A DNA stretch of 64,000 bases from contig CAWIXE010000003.1 in NCBI GenBank assembly GCA_963840035.1, positions 453,235 to 517,234 on the forward strand. Direction: 5' to 3'. The position numbers and the translations under genes are program-made. The notes under the pieces were generated by a model. It saw only the letters and a program-made list of their open reading frames with translations. It ran no database searches and was not told the origin of the DNA. Origin of the DNA: a candidate division FCPU426 bacterium. Its GTDB lineage: Bacteria > Oederibacteriota > PGYV01 > Palsa-1178. Shown here piece by piece: positions 30,050 through 39,844 of the stretch (its first letter is position 1; every line of letters begins with the position of its first letter).

Positions 30050-31960
30050 ATGAAGATCTTATTTAACGGCAAGGAATACACGGTTGACGCCGGCAAACGC
30101 GCGGCTGAAGTAATTAAGGAATCCGGGGCTGATACTGCTGGCGGCCTGGTGGTTAAGTTTAACGGCAAACTGCTCGATATGGGCACGCCATTAAACGAAG
30201 ACGGAGAGTTAAAGCTTATTACATTTGATGACGCGGAAGGAAAGCAGACTTTTTGGCATTCAACTTCGCACTTAATGGCCGCGGCTGTAAAGCGCCTTTA
30301 TCCCGACACAAAAGTCACCATCGGCCCGTCAATTGACGAGGGTTTTTATTATGATTTTGACAGGGACAAATCATTTAACGAAGAGGACCTGGTAAAGATT
30401 GAAGAAGAGATGAGGAACATTATAAAAGAAAACCCGGCACTTAAGCGTTCGGAGATATCAAAATCCGACGCGGTAAAGATGTTCACGGACATGGGAGAAA
30501 ACTATAAGGTCGAGATAATCGACGCCATAAAGGACCCGACGGTCAGCCTTTACGCGCTGGATAAGTTCACTGACCTTTGCCGCGGGCCGCACATAGGACT
30601 TGTAAAAAAGATAAAGGCTTTCAAGCTTACGAAGATAGCAGGCGCATACTGGCGCGGTGACGAGAAAAACAAGATGCTTCAGAGGATTTACGGAATATCC
30701 TTTCCTGACCAGAAAATGCTGGACGAATACTTCAGGGTGCAGGAAGAGGCAAAGCAGCGCGACCACAGAAAAATAGGAAAAGAACTCGACCTGTTCTCGC
30801 TGCATGAAGAATACGGCCCGGGCCTGGTTTACTGGCATCCGAAAGGCGCCCTTATAAAGAAGGAAATAGAGGACTTCTGGAGGAACGAGCATTTAAAAAG
30901 GGATTATGACCTTTTAAGCACACCTCACGTGGCAAAGATAGACATGTGGCATAAATCCGGCCATACGGGATTTTATAAGGACTCCATGTATCCATCCATG
31001 GTTATGGATGAGGCGGAGTACCTGGTAAAACCCATGAACTGCCCGTTCCATATCCTTATTTATAATAACGGCATGAAAAGCTACCGCGACCTGCCGCTGC
31101 GCTGGGCAGAGCTCGGCACCGTATACAGGTATGAAAAATCAGGGACACTGCACGGACTGATGAGGGTCAGGGGATTTACACAGGATGACGCGCATATTTT
31201 TATGCGCGAGGACCAGCTGGACGAAGAGCTGGACAAGCTCATAGAGATTATCCGGTTTATATTGCAGACATTCGGGTTCACGGAATTTGAGACATATTTA
31301 AGCACGAGGCCGAAGGAATTCATAGGCGACCCAAGGGTCTGGGAGATATCGGAAGCGGCGTTAAGGAAAGCCCTGGATAAAGCCGGTATTAAGTACGGCG
31401 TGGACGAGGGCGGCGGCGCGTTTTACGGGCCCAAGATAGACATCAAGATAAAGGACGCGCTTAACAGGACATGGCAGTGTTCAACCGTACAGGTTGACTT
31501 CAATGAACCTGAACGTTTTAACATAAATTATATAGGCAAGGACGGCAAGGAACACAGGACGGTCATGATACACAGGGCGTTATTCGGATCGCTTGAGCGT
31601 TTCTTCGGCGTGCTTATAGAGCATTATAAGGGCGCGTTTCCGGTATGGCTCTCGCCGGCGCAGGTGGCTGTGCTTACAATTACAGAGCGCAGCTCGCAGG
31701 CGGCTGTGGGTATAGTGAAAAAACTCAAAGAAGCCGGTATCAGGGTAAAGCTTGACGATGATAATGAAAAGATAGGCGCTAAAATAAGGACCGCGACCAT
31801 GGATAAGATACCGTATATGCTTATACTGGGAGATAAGGAAGCCGAGAGCGGTATGGTGTCGGTAAGGAAGAGGACAGGCGAGGAAACAAAGGACGTGAAG
31901 CTGGAAGATTTTATTGCGATGGTAACGGAGAAGATAAAGACGAAGGACCTTACGATTTAA
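30050..31960 (+). CDS. thrS: Threonine--tRNA ligase
   Basis: HSTSHLMA, DLCRGPH, KPMNCP, RVRGFTQDDAH, HRALFGSLERF. Confidence 0.98.
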   Translation: MKILFNGKEYTVDAGKRAAEVIKESGADTAGGLVVKFNGKLLDMGTPLNEDGELKLITFDDAEGKQTFWHSTSHLMAAAVKRLYPDTKVTIGPSIDEGFYYDFDRDKSFNEEDLVKIEEEMRNIIKENPALKRSEISKSDAVKMFTDMGENYKVEIIDAIKDPTVSLYALDKFTDLCRGPHIGLVKKIKAFKLTKIAGAYWRGDEKNKMLQRIYGISFPDQKMLDEYFRVQEEAKQRDHRKIGKELDLFSLHEEYGPGLVYWHPKGALIKKEIEDFWRNEHLKRDYDLLSTPHVAKIDMWHKSGHTGFYKDSMYPSMVMDEAEYLVKPMNCPFHILIYNNGMKSYRDLPLRWAELGTVYRYEKSGTLHGLMRVRGFTQDDAHIFMREDQLDEELDKLIEIIRFILQTFGFTEFETYLSTRPKEFIGDPRVWEISEAALRKALDKAGIKYGVDEGGGAFYGPKIDIKIKDALNRTWQCSTVQVDFNEPERFNINYIGKDGKEHRTVMIHRALFGSLERFFGVLIEHYKGAFPVWLSPAQVAVLTITERSSQAAVGIVKKLKEAGIRVKLDDDNEKIGAKIRTATMDKIPYMLILGDKEAESGMVSVRKRTGEETKDVKLEDFIAMVTEKIKTKDLTI

Positions 31961-31973
31961 TTATTTAAATTTT

Positions 31974-32086
31974 TGTCATTGCGAGGAGCCGTATTTGATT
32001 TTTGGCGACGAAGCAATCTCGCAGTATCATTAAAACGACAGGATTGCTTCGTCGGCGAAGAGCTAAAACGCCTCCTCGCAATGACA
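31974..32086. repeat. Palindromic element of the GTCATTGCGAG...GAAGCAATC type (RPE-like)
   Basis: tgtcattgcgaggag...gacgaagcaatc ... gattgcttcgtc...ctcctcgcaatgaca. Confidence 0.85.
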
Positions 32087-32106
32087 TCTTATAATAAAGG
32101 ACGTTT

Positions 32107-33456
32107 ATGGCAAAGAGTAAAACGCTTTTTTCATGCGCTGAATGCGGCGCTTCTTCGCCCAAGTGGCTGGGCAAGTGCCCGACATGCGGGGCTTTTAACA
32201 CATATATAGAAGAGACCATTATCGAGCGGAAAAAAGGCGCTGCCGAATACCGCGGCTTTAACGAGACCAAGATGGCTGTGCTTGCCGATATAAATGTTAA
32301 AAATGAAGAGCGCATCAAGACCGGCATGGAAGAAATAGACCGGGTATTTGGCGGCGGCATCGTTAAGGGCTCGCTTGTGTTAATGGGCGGGGAGCCCGGG
32401 GTCGGCAAGTCAACCCTGGCGCTGGCAATCGCGGATAAGATAGCCGATACGGGAAAAAGGGTACTGTATATTTCCGGGGAAGAATCCCTTGAGCAGATAA
32501 AACTGCGCGCGGACAGGACAGGCATAAAGGCTGACAAGCTCATGATCGTGGTCGAGACCGGCATAGAAAAGATAATCCAGATAATGGAAAAGGAAAACCC
32601 CGCGCTTGCGGTAATTGACTCCATACAGACTGTTTTTAAGGAAGACCTGGATTCCACAGCCGGAAGCGTAAACCAGGTGCGGGAATCGTGCGCGCAGCTG
32701 ATGTACGCGGCGAAAAAAAGCGGAGTCCCGGTAATTATCATAGGCCATGTGACAAAGGACGGCATGATAGCCGGCCCGAAGATGTTAGAGCACATGGTGG
32801 ACGCTGTCATGTATTTTGAGGCTGAGAAATATTACCAGTTTAAGATACTGCGGGCCGTTAAAAACAGGTTCGGTTCCACAAACGAGATAGGGATATTTGA
32901 AATGACAGGCGCCGGAATAAAAGAAATAAAGAGCCCGTCAAAGATGCTCTTGGACAGCTTAAAGGATACAAAGACAGGCTCCAGCATAGTAACGGTCATG
33001 GAAGGCACGAGGCCCCTGCTTCTGGAGATTCAGGCCCTTGCCTCGCGCAGGAGTTTCGGCATGCCGCAGAGGACTGTCACCGGCGTGGATTATAACAGGT
33101 TCCTGCTCATACTTGCCATACTTGAGAAGTCCATGGGCCTTAATTTTGAGAACCAGGACATGTATTTAAACGTGGCAGGAGGGATAAAGGTATTTGAAAC
33201 GGCGTGCGACCTTGGAGTCGCGGCCGCAATATATTCCAGCTACATGGAACAGCCGGTCTCCACAAAGACGGTTTATATTGGCGAACTTGGCCTGGACGGC
33301 GAAGTAAGGCCGGTGCAGTTCATAGACCAGAGGATAGCTGAGGCTGAAAGGATGGGCTTTACAGCCTGCGTGGTGCCCGCAAGGAGCGCCGGGTTTAAGA
33401 CTGCGATGGATGTGAAGAAGGTGGGGAATATAAAGGAATTAAAAGACCTGATATAA
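32107..33456 (+). CDS. radA: DNA repair protein RadA/Sms
   Basis: CAECG...KWLGKCPTC, GEPGVGKST, KNRFG. Confidence 0.97.
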   Translation: MAKSKTLFSCAECGASSPKWLGKCPTCGAFNTYIEETIIERKKGAAEYRGFNETKMAVLADINVKNEERIKTGMEEIDRVFGGGIVKGSLVLMGGEPGVGKSTLALAIADKIADTGKRVLYISGEESLEQIKLRADRTGIKADKLMIVVETGIEKIIQIMEKENPALAVIDSIQTVFKEDLDSTAGSVNQVRESCAQLMYAAKKSGVPVIIIGHVTKDGMIAGPKMLEHMVDAVMYFEAEKYYQFKILRAVKNRFGSTNEIGIFEMTGAGIKEIKSPSKMLLDSLKDTKTGSSIVTVMEGTRPLLLEIQALASRRSFGMPQRTVTGVDYNRFLLILAILEKSMGLNFENQDMYLNVAGGIKVFETACDLGVAAAIYSSYMEQPVSTKTVYIGELGLDGEVRPVQFIDQRIAEAERMGFTACVVPARSAGFKTAMDVKKVGNIKELKDLI

Positions 33457-33585
33457 TTGAAGATAGTAGATTGTGGATTGCGGATTAATGGGCAAGTACA
33501 TTAAAAATAAAAAAGTGGAAGAATATGATAATGCGGAAAATTTTAAGGTAATTAATCCGCAATTTTCAATCTTCTATCCACAATT
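33456..33585. repeat. Heptamer-periodic inverted repeat (ATTGYGG family)
   Basis: attgaag atagtag attgtgg attgcgg attaat ... attaat ccgcaat tttcaat cttctat ccacaat. Confidence 0.8.
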
Positions 33586-33608
33586 CTGAAGGAAAGGAGG
33601 TAAAAAGA

Positions 33609-34442
33609 ATGAACACACAACAGATACTGATTTTATCACTCGCGGCTGTTTCATCTATTTTCTTAATTATAATCATAGCCCAGACCATCATATTTAACGG
33701 GAAGATTAAGAAAATGAGCCTGTCAAAAAAGCTTGTTGATACAAGCGTCATAATTGACGGCAGGATTAACGACATCTGCGGCTCAGGGTTCATGGAAGGC
33801 GTGTTAATAGTACCCAGGTTCGTATTACAGGAGCTGCAGTTAATAGCTGATTCATCGGACCACATGAAAAGGTCCAAGGGCAGAAGGGGACTCGACCTTT
33901 TAAATGACCTGAAGAAATGCCCGGGCGTGGCAGTGGAGATCATGGACAGGGACTACCGCGAAATAAGGGCGGTAGACGAAAAACTCGTGGCCATGGCCAA
34001 GGACATCGGCGCCAAGATACTTACCAACGATTTTAACCTGAATAAGGTCGCGGAAATACAGGGAGTGCAGGTTTTAAACATTAACGACCTCTCAAACGCG
34101 ATCAAACCGACTTTCCTTCCGGGAGAAAAAGTAAACGTAAAAGTAGTCAAGGAAGGCAAGGAAAAGGAACAGGGTATCGCTTACTTAAATGACGGCACCA
34201 TGATAGTCATTGACGGCGCGAGGAAGATGATGAATAAAAAGATAGACGTTGTTGTGACAAACGTGCTCCAGACGGACGCCGGCAGGATGATATTTGCCAG
34301 GTTCGGCGAAGGCGGCGGAGGCCAGCAGGGCCACCACGGCGGCGGGCACGGACGCGGCCACGGACAAAGGCACGGCGGGCACAGGAACAATAACAACCAG
34401 AACCAGAACCAAAATCAGGGAAATAGCGGAGAAAACAGGTAA
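33609..34442 (+). CDS. PIN/TRAM domain protein (YacL-like)
   Basis: VDTSVIIDGRI, RGLDLL, TNDFNLNKVA, GIAYLNDGTMIV, LQTDAGRMIF; radA-ispD context. Confidence 0.9.
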   Translation: MNTQQILILSLAAVSSIFLIIIIAQTIIFNGKIKKMSLSKKLVDTSVIIDGRINDICGSGFMEGVLIVPRFVLQELQLIADSSDHMKRSKGRRGLDLLNDLKKCPGVAVEIMDRDYREIRAVDEKLVAMAKDIGAKILTNDFNLNKVAEIQGVQVLNINDLSNAIKPTFLPGEKVNVKVVKEGKEKEQGIAYLNDGTMIVIDGARKMMNKKIDVVVTNVLQTDAGRMIFARFGEGGGGQQGHHGGGHGRGHGQRHGGHRNNNNQNQNQNQGNSGENR

Positions 34443-35116
34443 TGAAAAATGTTGTTATAGTCGTAGCGGCAGGAAAGGGTAAAAGATTCGGCGCGGCGGT
34501 TCCCAAGCAGTTCATGAAAGTGGACGGCAGGGAAATACTCGCGCGCAGCCTTGACAACTTTGAAAGGGCCCGGGAAGTATCGGGAATCCTGCTGGTAGTG
34601 GCAGCTGACAGGTCAAAGACCGCCGCTGCCATGATAAAAAAATACGGCTATAAGAAGATAACGGCTGTTATAAACGGAGGGGAAGAAAGGTTCCACTCCG
34701 TTTATAACGCCGTAAAATTCCTGGAAAAGTACCCGCCGGAGAATGTCCTTATCCATGACGGCGCAAGGCCGCATGTAAGCAAAGGCCTTATCGGTAAAGT
34801 TTTAAAAGCCCTTAAGAAGGACAAGGCGGCCATACCCGTAAACAGGATATTTGCCACGGTAAAGCAGGTAAAAGACGGTTATATCACGGGGACGCTTGAC
34901 AGGAACACTTTAAGGACAGCCCATACGCCGCAGGGATTTAAGTTCAAAGAACTTTCGGAATTATATGATAAGGGCAGCCTCGAAAAGATAAAGCCCACAG
35001 ACGACGCGGCCGTGTTTGAGGCGGCCGGGTATAAAGTACGGGTAATAGAAGATGATGAAGAGAATGTGAAAGTCACCGTAAAAGGTGATATTAAGAAAAT
35101 TCGGCATGGAGTATAA
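34442..35116 (+). CDS. ispD: 2-C-methyl-D-erythritol 4-phosphate cytidylyltransferase
   Basis: AAGKGKRFG..PKQF, IHDGARP, TPQGF, TDDA. Confidence 0.95.
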   Translation: MKNVVIVVAAGKGKRFGAAVPKQFMKVDGREILARSLDNFERAREVSGILLVVAADRSKTAAAMIKKYGYKKITAVINGGEERFHSVYNAVKFLEKYPPENVLIHDGARPHVSKGLIGKVLKALKKDKAAIPVNRIFATVKQVKDGYITGTLDRNTLRTAHTPQGFKFKELSELYDKGSLEKIKPTDDAAVFEAAGYKVRVIEDDEENVKVTVKGDIKKIRHGV

Positions 35117-35187
35117 GAGACAAGAGACTGGAGACAAAAGTAATACGCAGGTACCGGAATTACTCCTGTCTCCAGTCTCTTGTCTCC
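35116..35187. repeat. Heptamer-periodic inverted repeat (RGAGACW family)
   Basis: agagaca agagact ggagaca ... tgtctcc agtctct tgtctcc. Confidence 0.9.
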
Positions 35188-35206
35188 TAAACTCAAAGGA
35201 GGATTT

Positions 35207-35686
35207 ATGAGAATAGGAATCGGCTACGATGTTCACAAGCTGGTAAAAGGAAGGAAATTATTCCTTGGTGGGGTTGAATTTGAAGGCGCGGAATTCGGCC
35301 TTGAAGGCCATTCTGACGCGGATGCCCTGATACATGCCATAATGGATGCCATGCTCGGCGCGGCCGGCCTGCCGGACATAGGGTTTTATTTTCCGAACAG
35401 CGACTGGGGGATAAAAGGCATACGCTCCACCGAACTTTTAAAGCGCGTTAAGAACCTGGTCGCCCAGGAAGGCTTTGAACTGGAAAACATGGATACAATT
35501 TTAATGGCTGAATACCCAAGGGTGATGCCGAAGATAGAGGAAATGAAAGTTGCGCTTGCCGCCATACTTGAAGTGAGCGTAAAGCAGATAGGCATAAAGG
35601 CCACAACCGAGGAAGGCATGGGGTTTACGGGAAGGAAAGAGGGAGTCAAGGCGGAAGCGGTAGTGCTTTTAAGGGAGAAAAAATAG
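35207..35686 (+). CDS. ispF: MECDP synthase
   Basis: MRIGIGYDVH, GHSDAD, KATTEEG; RBS aggagg. Confidence 0.96.
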   Translation: MRIGIGYDVHKLVKGRKLFLGGVEFEGAEFGLEGHSDADALIHAIMDAMLGAAGLPDIGFYFPNSDWGIKGIRSTELLKRVKNLVAQEGFELENMDTILMAEYPRVMPKIEEMKVALAAILEVSVKQIGIKATTEEGMGFTGRKEGVKAEAVVLLREKK

Positions 35687-35710
35687 TCTGAAGTACGGGG
35701 GGCTGAAGTT

Positions 35711-35786
35711 CAAAGCCCAGAGCCCAAAGCTCAAGGAAGTGCGGTTTGGTTTCCTTGGGCTTTGGGCTTTGAGCCCTGAGCTTTTG
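35711..35786. repeat. Heptamer-periodic inverted repeat (ARAGCYC family)
   Basis: aaagccc agagccc aaagctc aagg ... ccttgggct ttgggct ttgagcc ctgagct. Confidence 0.9.
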
Positions 35787-35817
35787 TTTTCAACTTTGGC
35801 TATATAAAAGGAGTAGT

Positions 35818-37200
35818 ATGCGTTTATACAACACACTCACCAAAAAGCTCGAAGAGTTTGTCCCGGTCACTCCCGGGGAAGTAAAGATGTACGCCTGCGG
35901 GCCTACGGTTTACAATTATTTTCATATAGGCAATTCCAGGGTTTTTACCGTATTTGATACCTTCAGGAATTACCTGAAATACAGGGGGATGAAGGTCACT
36001 TTTGTCCAGAATATCACGGACATAGACGACAAGATAATTAAAAAGGCAAATGAGGAAAATGTATTGTGGAGCGACATAGCCAATAAGTTTACGGACGCCT
36101 ATATCGAAGACATAAAAAGCCTTAATATAGACCTGCCTGACGTATCGCCGAAAGCCACGGAAGAAATACCAAAAATGCTGGAGCTCATAAAAAACCTGAT
36201 GGATAAAGGAACGGCATACGTATCAAAACACGGCGTCTATTTTTCCGTGGAAAAATACGCCGCATACGGCGAACTTTCACACCAGGACATGGAACAGCTT
36301 CAGGAAGGCGCAAGGGTGGCTGTGGATGAGGATAAGAAAAGCGGGCTTGATTTTGCCCTCTGGAAGTTTTCGAAACCGGGCGAGCCTGCGTGGGATTCGC
36401 CCTGGGGAGCCGGCAGGCCCGGATGGCACATAGAGTGTTCTGCCATGTCTTCAAAATACCTTAATGACACCTTTGACATACACGGCGGCGGGGCGGACCT
36501 TGTTTTCCCGCACCATGAAAACGAGAGGGCGCAGTCCGAGGCGGCCAACGGCGTTAAATTCGTCAATTACTGGATGCACGTGGGGTATATGAACATCGAC
36601 GGCGTAAAAATGTCGAAATCAAAAGGCAACTTTGTATTCATACGCGATATTTTAAAAGATTATCCGGCTGAAGTAATAAGGATGTTCATCCTCTCGGCGC
36701 AATACCGCGGCCCCATAGATTTTTCCCGGGAAAATATAGAAGCGGTAAAGACCGGATATAAGGAGATTTACTACACGCTCCAGCGCCTCGCGCAGATACC
36801 GGGAGTTAAGGCTGACGCAAAGAGCGGATACATAGAAAAATTCAAGGAAGCGCTGGATGAAGATTTTAATACCGCGAAAGCCGCTGCGCTTCTCTACGAC
36901 GCGGCCAATGACGCGAAGAATCTGATACTCGGCAAGAAACTGGACCAATACCCCGGAGACGCGGTCGCCAGCCTTAAAATGCTGGAAGCGGACATAAGGG
37001 AGATGGCGGGCGTGCTTAAGGTAATGCCGGAAATACAGCCGGTGGAAAGCGCTGTATCTGACATGGTAAAGCAGATCGCGTCCTACCGCATGGAAAAGCA
37101 GTATGATAAGGCGGATGAAATGAAAAAGCAGGTAAGCCAGGCTGGATATATCCTGGAATACACAAAAACAGGTACCTTTATTATAAAGGAGTTGAAATAA
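35818..37200 (+). CDS. cysS: Cysteine--tRNA ligase
   Basis: CGPTVY, HIGN, GRPGWHIECS, KMSKS. Confidence 0.98.
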   Translation: MRLYNTLTKKLEEFVPVTPGEVKMYACGPTVYNYFHIGNSRVFTVFDTFRNYLKYRGMKVTFVQNITDIDDKIIKKANEENVLWSDIANKFTDAYIEDIKSLNIDLPDVSPKATEEIPKMLELIKNLMDKGTAYVSKHGVYFSVEKYAAYGELSHQDMEQLQEGARVAVDEDKKSGLDFALWKFSKPGEPAWDSPWGAGRPGWHIECSAMSSKYLNDTFDIHGGGADLVFPHHENERAQSEAANGVKFVNYWMHVGYMNIDGVKMSKSKGNFVFIRDILKDYPAEVIRMFILSAQYRGPIDFSRENIEAVKTGYKEIYYTLQRLAQIPGVKADAKSGYIEKFKEALDEDFNTAKAAALLYDAANDAKNLILGKKLDQYPGDAVASLKMLEADIREMAGVLKVMPEIQPVESAVSDMVKQIASYRMEKQYDKADEMKKQVSQAGYILEYTKTGTFIIKELK

Positions 37201-37926
37201 GTGCTGGTATACGGAAGGAACGTCATACGCGAGATAATAGCGGGTAAAAAAAGGAAAATACATGTCATACACGCGGTGGACCGCATTACTGAAATAGATG
37301 ATATATTGGGTTACTGCAAGTCCAACGGGGTAAAGGTTATATTTGAGCCGAGGGAAAAACTCGCCAAATTCACAGGCACGGAAAAGAACCAGGGAATAGC
37401 CGCGGAAATAGACAACGTCAACCTCCTTAATATAAATGAGTTCCTGGCCACAAGGAACCTGGAAAACAGCGTGGTAGCAGTGCTCGACGAGATAGAAGAC
37501 CCGCATAATATGGGAGCGATTTTCAGGAGTTGCGAGGTACTTGGCGTAAACGGGGTCATAATACCCTCAAGAAGAAGCGCGCCTGTAAATGACACGGTCT
37601 TTAAGACATCCAGCGGCGCGGCGGACATGATCGATATAGTGGAAGTGGCAAATATTAATAACGCGCTGGAGACCCTTAAAAAGAACGGATTCTGGATATA
37701 CGGCCTGGATCTGACAGCGGATAAATACCTGGATGAAATTTCCTTCGATAAAAAAACAGCCATAGTGCTCGGCAACGAAGGCAGCGGAATAAGGGCTCTG
37801 GTTAAAAAGAACTGCGATTTCCTCGTAAAAATAAGGCAAAGCGGAAAGCTGGATTCGCTGAACGTATCAAATGCCGCGGCAATAGTTTTTTACCAGGCAC
37901 AGATGCAGCGGATGACAAAAAAATAA
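37201..37926 (+). CDS. rlmB: 23S rRNA Gm2251 methyltransferase (SpoU/TrmH family)
   Basis: DPHNMGAIFRS, GNEGSG, SLNVSNAA; follows cysS. Confidence 0.92.
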   Translation: MLVYGRNVIREIIAGKKRKIHVIHAVDRITEIDDILGYCKSNGVKVIFEPREKLAKFTGTEKNQGIAAEIDNVNLLNINEFLATRNLENSVVAVLDEIEDPHNMGAIFRSCEVLGVNGVIIPSRRSAPVNDTVFKTSSGAADMIDIVEVANINNALETLKKNGFWIYGLDLTADKYLDEISFDKKTAIVLGNEGSGIRALVKKNCDFLVKIRQSGKLDSLNVSNAAAIVFYQAQMQRMTKK

Positions 37927-37955
37927 TTGGAAGACAACGAGTGACGCGTTTTTTT

Positions 37956-38001
37956 GCCGTAAATAATAAAGCCCGCGAAAGCGGGCTTTATTATTTACGG
38001 C
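37956..38001. terminator. Long bidirectional terminator hairpin
   Basis: gccgtaaataataaagcccgc-gaaa-gcgggctttattatttacggc (21-bp perfect stem). Confidence 0.85.
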
Positions 38002-38139
38002 GGAGGAAACACGGGTAACTTACAGAACTTAATATCCGGATTGACCGCGTATTCTTCAACGGGTGAGGCTTTTAATGCATGCCACATAATCCAAATCATT
38101 ATTAAATAATATGAATTCATGCAAACATCAATATAAACT

Positions 38140-38562
38140 TCAATATTTTTCTTTTTTTGGGTTAAAAAAATCGACAAGAGTTTGAAGCACACAAACAACA
38201 AAACCTAGAAACTCGAAAAAATATAATGAATTCTGTAAGTTGTTGGATTTCACAAAGTGCAAGATGTTCGGTTTATTTGACTGTATAATAGCAAGTATAG
38301 GAATATAGACAATGAGTAATATTCCAAAATTTATTAACATTCTTACGACTTTTTCTTTTATAGTGCGATAATTTTTAAGCATAGATATATTAAAAAAAAC
38401 AACCAATACCGCAGTCATAAACGCATTATATAAATAATATTTATTTCCAAACATCTTATTGAGAATATATATTATTGGTATTTGTAAAATGATTATTCCT
38501 GCAATAATGGCAATTGTTTTTATTTTTTCAATCATAGGCAACTTGTCAAACTTCATTTTCAC
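38140..38562 (-). CDS. AT-rich hypothetical membrane protein (about 4 TM)
   Basis: 140-aa hydrophobic ORF; GC visibly much lower than flanking genes. Confidence 0.65.
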   Translation of the reverse strand: MKMKFDKLPMIEKIKTIAIIAGIIILQIPIIYILNKMFGNKYYLYNAFMTAVLVVFFNISMLKNYRTIKEKVVRMLINFGILLIVYIPILAIIQSNKPNILHFVKSNNLQNSLYFFEFLGFVVCVLQTLVDFFNPKKEKY

Positions 38563-38673
38563 CCCTTTCAGTGACTAACTTTAACTTTATTCTATCACTA
38601 CAGTGGTTAAAAACAAGAATAAAAGTTCAAGACGGCTTTTGGGATAGTCCTGTTTAATGAATTCTACAAAAAT

Positions 38674-38713
38674 AAAAAAGCCATTCTCCGATTAAAGAGA
38701 AGGGCTTTTTTTA
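38674..38713 (-). terminator. Terminator hairpin between AT-rich cassettes
   Basis: aaaaaagccattctc...gagaagggctttttt. Confidence 0.7.
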
Positions 38714-38795
38714 AATGGCGGACGAAACGTGACGATTTACAGAACCTTATAAAGACGTTAGGATTTTGGTTAACAAATCGATAAAACAACAACTT

Positions 38796-39200
38796 TTATG
38801 GACCAACACCTGTTATCAACATCATAAAAATAAATGTCCAAATCCCCAAAAATATAATAATAAATGGAATATAAATCAAACTCATCATTATTGAGTATTT
38901 TGTAAATTGAATATATATAAAGTAAAAACCAGATAATATGCAAGTAGTTATTATCATTTCTGTTAAATAATCAATATTTCGTATTTTTCCAAAAAACAAA
39001 AACGTATCAGCCAGACAAAATACAGAAGTCATTGCAGCAGGCACAACAATGCTCATGATTACATTTTTCCATAATTTAGTTTTGTTTGCATTTTTTTTAA
39101 TTTTGTCAGTTTGGTGTAAAATATAGTAATCAATTAAAATATAGACTAAAATAATAACAAAACATATTATAAATCGAGTAATCAATAACCGCCATAACAT
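38796..39200 (-). CDS. AT-rich hypothetical membrane protein (about 4 TM)
   Basis: 134-aa hydrophobic ORF with RBS ggagg. Confidence 0.7.
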   Translation of the reverse strand: MLWRLLITRFIICFVIILVYILIDYYILHQTDKIKKNANKTKLWKNVIMSIVVPAAMTSVFCLADTFLFFGKIRNIDYLTEMIITTCILSGFYFIYIQFTKYSIMMSLIYIPFIIIFLGIWTFIFMMLITGVGP

Positions 39201-39276
39201 TCAATAGCCTCCCACATCATCTTGTCTTATCCCTATTTTATCAGCATGTAAACTAAAGACAAGGGAAAAACACCGG

Positions 39277-39630
39277 TTAGCGGTCCTGGCTTTTTATAAG
39301 ACCGGATAACATCTTGCATATATCATCCAGTATTTTCTTATATCCCATGTTCTTTTCTTCGCTTATGAGGCCCTTCCTCCTACATAGTTCCAGTGTCGAC
39401 ACACACTCAAAAGCCGACCCTCTTGCAATGTGGAAGAAATGTATCTTGTCATTTTTGGTAAAACGCCCATTACCCTCGGCTATATTGTTTGGAACCGACA
39501 AAACAGCACGATTTAACTGGTCGCGAAGGAAGTATTTCGCAGGCGGAAAAACCTCGGTTAAAGCGGTGATTTCATCGGCGAGCTGCATGGATTTGGCGTA
39601 TACATCCAGGTTTTCGAACAGGAACGGCAT
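39277..39630 (-). CDS. Four helix bundle protein (23S rRNA intervening-sequence protein family)
   Basis: FENLDVY, LRDQLNRAVLSVPNNIAEG.GR, FFHIARGSAFE, KMLSGLI. Confidence 0.92.
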   Translation of the reverse strand: MPFLFENLDVYAKSMQLADEITALTEVFPPAKYFLRDQLNRAVLSVPNNIAEGNGRFTKNDKIHFFHIARGSAFECVSTLELCRRKGLISEEKNMGYKKILDDICKMLSGLIKSQDR

Positions 39631-39705
39631 ATTATTCCCTCCAGAATAATAGTATTTGACCTTGCATTATATAATAGCTATCTAAGCCTGCTGATTACGT
39701 CTTAT

Positions 39706-39838
39706 TATAATTAACCCTCCAAGCTTGCTGATCAATTCTCGATTTTCGATTCTCGAACGTTCTGAGAAGGATCCAAGCCCTGTTTTAAACCAAGTCTTGA
39801 TAATCGAAAATCGAGAATTGACCGCTCGGCTACGCCTC
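39706..39838 (-). repeat. Heptamer (CGATTYT) inverted-repeat element, homologous to the spacer of the tRNA-Gly array
   Basis: Reverse complement ggcgtagccgagcggtcaattctcgattttcgat...gacttggttt...gagaattgatcagcaagcttggagggtta matches 55892-55996. Confidence 0.88.
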
Positions 39839-39844
39839 CGCTAG

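Noticed and set aside
39277..39630. Diversity-generating retroelement (Avd)
   Set aside because: No reverse transcriptase and no template/variable repeat pair differing at adenines was seen in the window.
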